From NCBI RefSeq assembly GCF_003334335.1, contig NZ_QOWQ01000047.1: a DNA stretch of 31,056 nt; one strand, given 5' to 3'. Each line of letters starts with the position of its first letter. The first letter of the stretch is position 1. This DNA is from Escherichia coli. GTDB taxonomy: Bacteria; Pseudomonadota; Gammaproteobacteria; Enterobacterales; Enterobacteriaceae. Position numbers and translations under genes: made by a program. Below are positions 8,462 through 16,048 of the stretch, piece by piece. Under the pieces are notes generated by a model that saw only the letters and a program-made list of their open reading frames with translations, ran no database searches and had not been told where the DNA came from.

Positions 8462-8947
8462 ATGACAACCTTTTCGCATAGCTCCACCACACCTTCTGTT
8501 TCCGTAACCACTGCATCAGGGAATAACCAGTCTCAACTGGTTGCCACCATAGTCCCTGATGAACAGCGCATCAGCTTCTGGCCGCAGCACTTTGGCCTCA
8601 TTCCACAGTGGGTGACCCTGGAGCCCCGTGTCTTCGGCTGGATGGACCGTCTGTGTGAAGACTACTGCGGTGGTATCTGGAATCTGTACACCCTGAATAA
8701 CGGCGGCGCATTTATGGCGCCCGAACCGGATGAAGATGATGACGAAACATGGGTACTGTTCAATGCCATGAACAGTAACCGCGCTGAAATGAGCCCGGAA
8801 GCCGCCGGCATTGCAGCCTGTCTGATGACGTACAGCCATCATGCCTGTCGTATGGAGTGTTATGCCATGACGGTCCATTATTACCGGCTGCGGGATTATG
8901 CCCTGCAGCATCCGGAATGCAGCGCCATTATGCGCATCATTGACTGA
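8462..8947 (+). CDS. Antirestriction protein of the KlcA/ArdB family (YfjX/YafX-like), 161 aa.
   Basis: The FWPQHFGL.P.W.TLEPR.F.WMDRLCE.Y.GG.W.LYTL.NGG.FMAPE ... YRLRDYALQHPECSAIMRIID signature is typical of CP4 island antirestriction paralogs. Confidence 0.7.
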   Translation: MTTFSHSSTTPSVSVTTASGNNQSQLVATIVPDEQRISFWPQHFGLIPQWVTLEPRVFGWMDRLCEDYCGGIWNLYTLNNGGAFMAPEPDEDDDETWVLFNAMNSNRAEMSPEAAGIAACLMTYSHHACRMECYAMTVHYYRLRDYALQHPECSAIMRIID

Positions 8948-8961
8948 AAGGGGCCGGAACA

Positions 8962-9438
8962 ATGCAACAGATTTCCTTTCTGCCCGGAGAAATGACGCCC
9001 GGTGAGCGCAGCCTCATTCAGCGGGCCCTGAAAACCCTGGACCGCCATCTTTATGAACCCGGCGTGGCCTTCACCTCCACGCATGCGGCACGGGAGTGGC
9101 TGATTCTGAACATGGCGGGACTGGAGCGGGAAGAGTTCCGGGTGCTGTATCTGAACAACCAGAATCAGCTGATTGCCGGTGAAACCCTTTTCACCGGCAC
9201 CATCAACCGCACGGAAGTCCATCCCCGGGAAGTGATTAAACGCGCCCTGTACCACAATGCCGCTGCCGTGGTACTGGCGCACAATCACCCGTCCGGTGAA
9301 GTCACACCCAGTAAGGCAGACCGGCTTATCACCGAACGTCTGGTACAGGCACTGGGCCTGGTGGATATCCGGGTGCCGGACCATCTGATAGTCGGTGGCA
9401 GCCAGGTTTTCTCCTTTGCCGAACATGGTCTGCTTTAA
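8962..9438 (+). CDS. RadC-like JAB/MPN-domain protein (YeeS/YfjY/YkfG-like), 158 aa.
   Basis: JAMM motif region LAHNHPSGEVTPSKAD, plus size and synteny. Confidence 0.8.
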   Translation: MQQISFLPGEMTPGERSLIQRALKTLDRHLYEPGVAFTSTHAAREWLILNMAGLEREEFRVLYLNNQNQLIAGETLFTGTINRTEVHPREVIKRALYHNAAAVVLAHNHPSGEVTPSKADRLITERLVQALGLVDIRVPDHLIVGGSQVFSFAEHGLL

Positions 9439-9500
9439 CCCGTCACAACCACATCACACCTGTTTTCACTTTTATCTTCTGTCTTCAGAGGTATCACACT

Positions 9501-9722
9501 ATGAAAATCATCACCCGTGGTGAAGCCATGCGTATTCACCGTCAGCATCCAGCATCCCGTCTTTTTCCGTTCTGTACCGGTAAATACCGCTGGCACGGTA
9601 GCACGGATACGTATACCGGCCGTGAAGTACAGGATATTCCCGGTGTGCTGGCCGTGTTTGCTGAACGCCGTAAGGACAGTTTTGGTCCGTATGTCCGGCT
9701 GATGAGCGTCACCCTGAACTGA
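9501..9722 (+). CDS. DUF987-family small protein (YeeT/YkfH-like), 73 aa.
   Basis: 73 aa. The sequence pattern and its position immediately upstream of the cbeA-cbtA pair fit. Confidence 0.65.
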   Translation: MKIITRGEAMRIHRQHPASRLFPFCTGKYRWHGSTDTYTGREVQDIPGVLAVFAERRKDSFGPYVRLMSVTLN

Positions 9723-9801
9723 GTCTGGAAGGGCATTCAGAAGAGCAGAATTATCGCCACCACCGGACCATTCTTAACCAATTTTCTGTGAGGATTTTAT
9801 C

Positions 9802-10170
9802 GTGTCAGACACATTCTCCGGGACAACGCATCCCGATGACAATCACGACCGCCCCTGGTGGGGACTGCCCTGCACCGTGACGCCCTGTTTTGGTTCCCGT
9901 CTGGTACAGGAAGGCAACCGGTTGCATTACCTTGCCGACCGCGCCGGTATCAGAGGGCGGTTCAGCGACGCGGATTCGTACCACCTGGACCAGGCCTTTC
10001 CGCTGCTGATGAAACAACTGGAACTCATGCTCACCAGCGGTGAACTGAATCCCCGCCATCAGCATACCGTCACGCTGTATGCAAAAGGGCTGACCTGCGC
10101 AGCCGACACCCTCGGCAGTTGTGGCTACGTTTATATGGCTGTTTATCCGACGCCCGAAACGAAAAAGTAA
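9802..10170 (+). CDS. cbeA: CbeA/YeeU-family type IV antitoxin (cytoskeleton bundling-enhancing factor), 122 aa. It uses a GTG start with RBS gagga.
   Basis: Near-identity to my memory of YeeU (DRPWWGLPCTVTPCFG.RLVQEGNRLHYLADRAGI.G.FSDAD.YHLDQAFPLLMKQLELMLTSGELNPRHQHTVTLYAKGLTC.ADTLGSCGYVY). Confidence 0.8.
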   Translation: MSDTFSGTTHPDDNHDRPWWGLPCTVTPCFGSRLVQEGNRLHYLADRAGIRGRFSDADSYHLDQAFPLLMKQLELMLTSGELNPRHQHTVTLYAKGLTCAADTLGSCGYVYMAVYPTPETKK

Positions 10171-10259
10171 CTCTCCAGAATAACCTTCTGCTCCGGCCTG
10201 GTGCTTTCACCACGCCACTTTTCCATTTTTCATCTCTGCATATCAGGAAAATCTTCAGT

Positions 10260-10637
10260 ATGAAAACATTACCTGTATTACCCGGGCTGGCGGCCAGTTC
10301 ACGCCCGTCTCCGGTTGAAATCTGGCAGACACTGCTCACCCGACTGCTGGATCAGCACTACGGCCTTACGCTGAATGACACACCATTCGCTGATGAACGT
10401 GTGATTGAGCAGCATATTGAGGCAGGCATTTCACTGTGTGATGCGGTGAACTTTCTCGTTGAAAAATACGCGCTGGTACGTACCGACCAGCCGGGATTCA
10501 GCGCCTGTACCCGTTCTCAGTTAATAAACAGTATTGATATCCTCCGGGCACGCCGGGCAACCGGCCTGATGACACGCGACAACTACAGAACGGTAAATAA
10601 CATTACCCTGGGTAAACATCCGGGGGCGAAACAATGA
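10260..10637 (+). CDS. cbtA: CbtA/YeeV-family toxin (inhibitor of FtsZ/MreB polymerisation), 125 aa. The true start is the ATG at 10260, not the longer TTG/GTG-extended ORF listed from 10119.
   Basis: MKTLPVLPG.AASSRPSPVEIWQ.LL.RLLDQHYGLTLNDTPFADERVIEQHIEAGISLCDAVNFLVEKYALVRTDQPGFSACTRSQLINSIDILRARRATGLMTRDNYRTVNNITLGK matches YeeV. Confidence 0.8.
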   Translation: MKTLPVLPGLAASSRPSPVEIWQTLLTRLLDQHYGLTLNDTPFADERVIEQHIEAGISLCDAVNFLVEKYALVRTDQPGFSACTRSQLINSIDILRARRATGLMTRDNYRTVNNITLGKHPGAKQ

Positions 10638-11056
10638 AACAGGCCCTGACGCTGGAAGCCGACAGCATTAATGCGCAGGCGCTGAACATGGGGCGCATTG
10701 TCGTTGACGTCGATGGTATTGAGCTCGCTGAACTGATTAACAAAGTCGCTGAAAACGGTTATTCACTCCGCGTGGTGGATGAACGTGACGCTACCGAAAC
10801 ACCGGCGACTTCTGCCAGCCCTCATCAGTTGCCGGAAGACAATACAGTGATACAGAGCGTGATGCCATTAACCACTGAAACAGCGCTGGATATCCTCATT
10901 GCGTGGCTGCAGGACAATATCGACTGCGAATCGGGAATTATCTTTGACAACGATGAGGATAAAACGGATTCGGCAGCACTGTTGCCCTGTATCGAACAGG
11001 CCCGGGAGGATGTCCGGACTCTTCGTCATCTGCAGCTTCTGCACCAGAACCGGTAA
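10634..11056 (+). CDS. YeeW-like protein, 140 aa. Its ATG overlaps the cbtA stop (ATGA overlap), implying translational coupling.
   Basis: Assigned mainly from conserved synteny (the gene after cbtA in CP4-like islands). My direct sequence recall is weak. Confidence 0.5.
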   Translation: MKQALTLEADSINAQALNMGRIVVDVDGIELAELINKVAENGYSLRVVDERDATETPATSASPHQLPEDNTVIQSVMPLTTETALDILIAWLQDNIDCESGIIFDNDEDKTDSAALLPCIEQAREDVRTLRHLQLLHQNR

Positions 11057-11140
11057 ATATCACTCACCATACTTCATTCCACTGACGTCAGCCTGAACAG
11101 GGCTGGCGTTTTCGTTTATAAACCAAAAGGGAAACCGATC

Positions 11141-11983
11141 ATGTCAGACATCACAATCTCCCGTCCGGAAGTGGTCACCGGGCATACGGACGTTATCTGC
11201 TCAATCAGTATCCGCCACATTCTGGCTGTACGAAAGAGTACACTGCTGCAAATCGACACACTTATCCGGCAACTGGCTGAAATATCAGCAATGACAGAAA
11301 GTATTGGCGGTAAAGCCGCCCCGGACTGGGCCATGAAACAGGATTTTCGCTGCGGCTGCTGGCTGATGGAGAAACCGGAAACCGCAATGAAAGCCATCAC
11401 ACGCAATCTCGATCGCGAAATCTGGCGTGACCTGATGCAACGTTCAGGGATGCTTTCCTTAATGGATGCACAGGCCCGTGATACATGGTACCGGTCACTG
11501 GAGCACGATAATTTTCCGGAAATCAGTGAAGCGAACATTCTGAGCACATTTGAACAACTACACCAGAATAAGGATGAGGTGTTTGAGCGAGGGGTGATCA
11601 ACGTCTTCAGGGGACTGAACTGGAATTACAAAACCAATTGCCCCTGCAAATTTGGCAGTAAAATTATCGTCAACAACCTAGTGAGGTGGGACCGATGGGG
11701 GTTTCATCTTATCACCGGGCAACAGACTGACCGACTCGTCGACCTGGAAAGAATGCTACATCTGTTCAGCGGCAAACCGATCCCCGACAACCGGGAAAAC
11801 ATCACTATTCGTCTGGATGGTCACATCCAGTCCGTTCAGGGTAAAGAGCGCAATGAAGACGAGATGTTCATCATTAAATACTTTAAGAAGGGATCTGCAC
11901 ACATCACTTTCAAAAGGCTGGAACTGATTGACAGAATTAACGATATAATAGCCAGGTACTTTCCTTCTGTGCTCTCAGCCTGA
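11141..11983 (+). CDS. Conserved island-terminal hypothetical protein, 280 aa. I believe it belongs to the DUF4942 family commonly found between yeeW and the island boundary.
   Basis: Clean ORF with an RBS. Its position as the last gene before the tRNA-Phe repeat fits. The family name is from memory and was not verified. Confidence 0.5.
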   Translation: MSDITISRPEVVTGHTDVICSISIRHILAVRKSTLLQIDTLIRQLAEISAMTESIGGKAAPDWAMKQDFRCGCWLMEKPETAMKAITRNLDREIWRDLMQRSGMLSLMDAQARDTWYRSLEHDNFPEISEANILSTFEQLHQNKDEVFERGVINVFRGLNWNYKTNCPCKFGSKIIVNNLVRWDRWGFHLITGQQTDRLVDLERMLHLFSGKPIPDNRENITIRLDGHIQSVQGKERNEDEMFIIKYFKKGSAHITFKRLELIDRINDIIARYFPSVLSA

Positions 11984-12093
11984 TCCCGAGTGTGATTCCC
12001 TTTCGATATCAAAAGGGACTGCGGGTATAATTGAGGGTATATTTTTAATCAAACCAAATAAATTATATTAATATCAATATGATAAAAGAAATT

Positions 12094-12115
12094 TTCGATT
12101 CCGAGTCCGGCACCA
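12094..12115 (+). repeat. tRNA-Phe 3'-end fragment (TTCGATTCCGAGTCCGG-CACCA, one G shorter than the canonical pheU/pheV 3' end). This is the attachment-site direct repeat marking the island boundary.
   Basis: 22-nt match to the 3' end of E. coli tRNA-Phe (…GGTTCGATTCCGAGTCCGGGCACCA). Upstream of it is AT-rich island DNA. Downstream is the native pheU terminator and then cadC. Confidence 0.7.
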
Positions 12116-12126
12116 AATTCATATAA

Positions 12127-12157
12127 ACGGACCTCCACGGAGGTCCGTTTTTCGTTT
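12127..12157 (+). terminator. Rho-independent terminator (acggacctcc-ac-ggaggtccgt plus TTTTCGTTT), the native pheU-type terminator retained next to the att repeat.
   Basis: Perfect 10-bp GC-rich stem with a 2-nt loop followed by a T-run. Confidence 0.6.
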
Positions 12158-12731
12158 CAGGACGCCACGATTTAAGCGTTCTGCCTCCAAATCAATTCTA
12201 CCGAACTCAACCAGATTCTCCCCACATCACCAGCAATTTGCGGGCATATCCCAATTCGGGAAAATTTGTTCCTGAGCTATAGCACTAACTGACGTGAAAT
12301 GTCGTGCGGCCCCGTGATGCTGTTGAACGTCAAATGACGTCATCAGGAGCGTAACGCATCCATAAAGCACAACACCGGTCTGAACGGCGACTGATGAGAT
12401 TTTCTGAATGAGAACAAAGAGAAATGTATCAGTTCGCTTGCTCATGCAAAGACTAACAATCCATTAAAATAGTAAGTGCTCCGGACAATTTTCCATGGAT
12501 TATTTTCTGAACATTTTTCTTTGGCAAAGATGATGAATTTTGATGGTAAGGAATATTACTTCTGGTTCTCAGTAAAATCCTTTCGTAATACTATGTAATC
12601 AAGAAGTTTATGGCTGGTAAAAATAACGTCTTGCATTCACCAATAATATGTAAATAAACCCATCTATAGATGGTAAAAATAGGTTGTGGCAATTATCATT
12701 GCATCATTCCCTTTTCGAATGAGTTTCTATT

Positions 12732-14270
12732 ATGCAACAACCTGTAGTTCGCGTTGGCGAATGGCTTGTTACTCCGTCCATAAACCAAATTAGCCGCAAT
12801 GGGCGTCAACTTACCCTTGAGCCGAGATTAATCGATCTTCTGGTTTTCTTTGCTCAACACAGTGGCGAAGTACTTAGCAGGGATGAACTTATCGATAATG
12901 TCTGGAAGAGAAGTATTGTCACCAATCACGTTGTGACGCAGAGTATCTCAGAACTACGTAAGTCATTAAAAGATAATGATGAAGATAGTCCTGTCTATAT
13001 CGCTACTGTACCAAAGCGCGGCTATAAATTAATGGTGCCGGTTATCTGGTACAGCGAAGAAGAGGGAGAGGAAATAATGCTATCTTCGCCTCCCCCTATA
13101 CCAGAGGCGGTTCCTGCCACAGATTCTCCCTCCCACAGTCTTAACATTCAAAACACCGCAACGCCACCTGAACAATCCCCAGTTAAAAGCAAACGATTCA
13201 CTACCTTTTGGGTATGGTTTTTTTTCCTGTTGTCGTTAGGTATCTGTGTAGCACTGGTAGCGTTTTCAAGTCTTGATACACGTCTTCCTATGAGCAAATC
13301 GCGTATTTTGCTCAATCCACGCGATATTGACATTAATATGGTAAATAAAAGTTGTAACAGCTGGAGTTCCCCGTATCAGCTCTCTTACGCGATAGGCGTG
13401 GGTGATTTGGTGGCGACATCACTTAACACCTTCTCCACCTTTATGGTGCATGACAAAATCAACTACAACATTGATGAACCGAGCAGTTCCGGTAAAACAT
13501 TATCTATTGCGTTTGTTAATCAGCGCCAATACCGTGCTCAACAATGCTTTATGTCGATAAAATTGGTAGACAATGCAGATGGTTCAACCATGCTGGATAA
13601 ACGTTATGTCATCACTAACGGTAATCAGCTGGCGATTCAAAATGATTTACTGGAGAGTTTATCAAAAGCGTTAAACCAACCGTGGCCACAACGAATGCAG
13701 GAGACGCTCCAGAAAATTTTGCCGCATCGTGGTGCGTTATTAACTAATTTTTATCAGGCACATGATTATTTACTGCATGGCGATGATAAATCATTGAACC
13801 GTGCCAGTGAATTATTAGGTGAGATTGTTCAATCATCCCCAGAATTTACCTACGCGAGAGCAGAAAAAGCATTAGTTGATATCGTGCGCCATTCTCAACA
13901 TCCTTTAGATGAAAAACAATTAGCAGCACTGAACACAGAAATAGATAACATTGTTACACTGCCGGAATTGAACAACCTGTCCATTATATATCAAATAAAA
14001 GCGGTCAGTGCTCTGGTAAAAGGTAAAACAGATGAGTCTTACCAGGCGATAAATACTGGCATTGATCTTGAAATGTCCTGGCTAAATTATGTGTTGCTTG
14101 GCAAGGTTTATGAAATGAAGGGGATGAACCGGGAAGCAGCTGATGCATATCTCACCGCCTTTAATTTACGCCCAGGGGCAAACACCCTTTACTGGATTGA
14201 AAATGGTATATTCCAGACTTCTGTTCCTTATGTTGTACCTTATCTCGACAAATTTCTTGCTTCAGAATAA
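12732..14270 (+). CDS. cadC: CadC, the membrane-integrated ToxR-like transcriptional activator of cadBA, 512 aa.
   Basis: Full-length match to CadC (MQQPVVRVGEWLVTPSINQISRNGRQLTLEPRLIDLLVFF...). Confidence 0.95.
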   Translation: MQQPVVRVGEWLVTPSINQISRNGRQLTLEPRLIDLLVFFAQHSGEVLSRDELIDNVWKRSIVTNHVVTQSISELRKSLKDNDEDSPVYIATVPKRGYKLMVPVIWYSEEEGEEIMLSSPPPIPEAVPATDSPSHSLNIQNTATPPEQSPVKSKRFTTFWVWFFFLLSLGICVALVAFSSLDTRLPMSKSRILLNPRDIDINMVNKSCNSWSSPYQLSYAIGVGDLVATSLNTFSTFMVHDKINYNIDEPSSSGKTLSIAFVNQRQYRAQQCFMSIKLVDNADGSTMLDKRYVITNGNQLAIQNDLLESLSKALNQPWPQRMQETLQKILPHRGALLTNFYQAHDYLLHGDDKSLNRASELLGEIVQSSPEFTYARAEKALVDIVRHSQHPLDEKQLAALNTEIDNIVTLPELNNLSIIYQIKAVSALVKGKTDESYQAINTGIDLEMSWLNYVLLGKVYEMKGMNREAADAYLTAFNLRPGANTLYWIENGIFQTSVPYVVPYLDKFLASE

Positions 14271-14634
14271 GTAACTCCGGGTTGATTTATGCTCGGAAAT
14301 ATTTGTTGTTGAGTTTTTGTATGTTCCTGTTGGTATAATATGTTGCGGCAATTTATTTGCCGCATAATTTTTATTACATAAATTTAACCAGAGAATGTCA
14401 CGCAACCCATTGTAAACATTAAATGTTTATCTTTTCATGATATCAACTTGCGATCCTGATGTGTTAATAAAAAACCTCAAGTTCTCACTTACAGAAACTT
14501 TTGTGTTATTTCACCTAATCTTTAGGATTAATCCTTTTTTCGTGAGTAATCTTATCGCCAGTTTGGTCTGGTCAGGAAATAGTTATACATCATGACCCGG
14601 ACTCCAAATTCAAAAATGAAATTAGGAGAAGAGC
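14271..14634 (+). promoter_or_regulatory. cadC-cadB intergenic region containing the acid- and lysine-inducible Pcad promoter and CadC binding region.
   Basis: From the known organisation of the cad operon. The individual Cad1/Cad2 sites were not mapped. Confidence 0.5.
14344..14375 (+). terminator. Candidate cadC terminator: tgcggca-(atttatt)-tgccgca followed by taatttttatt.
   Basis: 7-bp GC-rich inverted repeat plus a T-rich tract, 74 nt after the cadC stop. A perfect TATAAT lies immediately upstream at 14335-14340. Confidence 0.4.
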
Positions 14635-15969
14635 ATGAGTTCTGCCAAGAAGATCGGGCTATTTGCCTGTACCGGTGTTGTTGCCGGTAATATGATGGGG
14701 AGCGGTATTGCATTATTACCTGCGAACCTAGCAAGTATCGGTGGTATTGCTATCTGGGGTTGGATTATCTCTATTATTGGTGCAATGTCGCTGGCGTATG
14801 TATATGCCCGACTGGCAACAAAAAACCCGCAACAAGGTGGCCCAATTGCTTATGCCGGAGAAATTTCCCCTGCATTTGGTTTTCAGACAGGTGTTCTTTA
14901 TTACCATGCTAACTGGATTGGTAACCTGGCGATTGGTATTACCGCTGTATCTTATCTTTCCACCTTCTTCCCAGTATTAAATGATCCTGTTCCGGCGGGT
15001 ATCGCCTGTATTGCTATCGTCTGGGTATTTACCTTTGTAAATATGCTCGGCGGTACTTGGGTAAGCCGTTTAACCACTATTGGTCTGGTGCTGGTTCTTA
15101 TTCCTGTGGTGATGACTGCTATTGTTGGCTGGCATTGGTTTGATGCGGCAACTTATGCAGCTAACTGGAATACTGCGGATACCACTGATGGTCATGCGAT
15201 CATTAAAAGTATTCTGCTCTGCCTGTGGGCCTTCGTGGGTGTTGAATCCGCAGCTGTAAGTACTGGTATGGTTAAAAACCCGAAACGTACCGTTCCGCTG
15301 GCAACCATGCTGGGTACTGGTTTAGCAGGTATTGTTTACATCGCTGCGACTCAGGTGCTTTCCGGTATGTATCCGTCTTCTGTAATGGCGGCTTCCGGTG
15401 CTCCGTTTGCAATCAGTGCTTCAACTATCCTCGGTAACTGGGCTGCGCCGCTGGTTTCTGCATTCACCGCCTTTGCGTGCCTGACTTCTCTGGGCTCCTG
15501 GATGATGTTGGTAGGCCAGGCAGGTGTACGTGCCGCTAACGACGGTAACTTCCCGAAAGTTTATGGTGAAGTCGACAGCAACGGTATTCCGAAAAAAGGT
15601 CTGCTGCTGGCTGCAGTGAAAATGACTGCCCTGATGATCCTTATCACTCTGATGAACTCTGCCGGTGGTAAAGCATCTGACCTGTTCGGTGAACTGACCG
15701 GTATCGCAGTACTGCTGACTATGCTGCCGTATTTCTACTCTTGCGTTGACCTGATTCGTTTTGAAGGCGTTAACATCCGCAACTTTGTCAGCCTGATCTG
15801 CTCTGTACTGGGTTGCGTGTTCTGCTTCATCGCGCTGATGGGCGCAAGCTCCTTCGAGCTGGCAGGTACCTTCATCGTCAGCCTGATTATCCTGATGTTC
15901 TACGCTCGCAAAATGCACGAGCGCCAGAGCCACTCAATGGATAACCACACCGCGTCTAACGCACATTAA
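14635..15969 (+). CDS. cadB: CadB, lysine/cadaverine antiporter, 444 aa.
   Basis: Full-length match and conserved position. Confidence 0.95.
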   Translation: MSSAKKIGLFACTGVVAGNMMGSGIALLPANLASIGGIAIWGWIISIIGAMSLAYVYARLATKNPQQGGPIAYAGEISPAFGFQTGVLYYHANWIGNLAIGITAVSYLSTFFPVLNDPVPAGIACIAIVWVFTFVNMLGGTWVSRLTTIGLVLVLIPVVMTAIVGWHWFDAATYAANWNTADTTDGHAIIKSILLCLWAFVGVESAAVSTGMVKNPKRTVPLATMLGTGLAGIVYIAATQVLSGMYPSSVMAASGAPFAISASTILGNWAAPLVSAFTAFACLTSLGSWMMLVGQAGVRAANDGNFPKVYGEVDSNGIPKKGLLLAAVKMTALMILITLMNSAGGKASDLFGELTGIAVLLTMLPYFYSCVDLIRFEGVNIRNFVSLICSVLGCVFCFIALMGASSFELAGTFIVSLIILMFYARKMHERQSHSMDNHTASNAH

Positions 15970-16048
15970 TTAAAAGTATTTTCCGAGGCTCCTCCTTTCA
16001 TTTTGTCCCATGTGTTGGGAGGGGCCTTTTTTACCTGGAGATATGACT

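Noticed and set aside
10119-10259. Upstream extension of cbtA to a 172-aa ORF
   Set aside because: The extension overlaps the cbeA 3' end in another frame and lacks homology. The canonical MKTLPVLPG start at 10260 matches YeeV/CbtA.
11057-11140. Terminator hairpin after the yeeW-like gene (cagcctgaacagggctggcgttttcgttt)
   Set aside because: The stem is short and imperfect. The T-tract is present, but overall it is too weak to call.
12227-12445. 72-aa ORF between the att repeat and cadC, considered as a P4-like integrase remnant (K-12 has an integrase-fragment pseudogene near pheU)
   Set aside because: Translation in all three reverse frames shows no convincing tyrosine-recombinase box II/III motifs. 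The similarity is too weak to call.
16010-16048. Upstream extension of cadA (MCWEGPFLPGDMT…)
   Set aside because: CadA begins MNVIAILNHMG at 16049 with an RBS at 16037-16040. The extension is read-through of the intergenic region.
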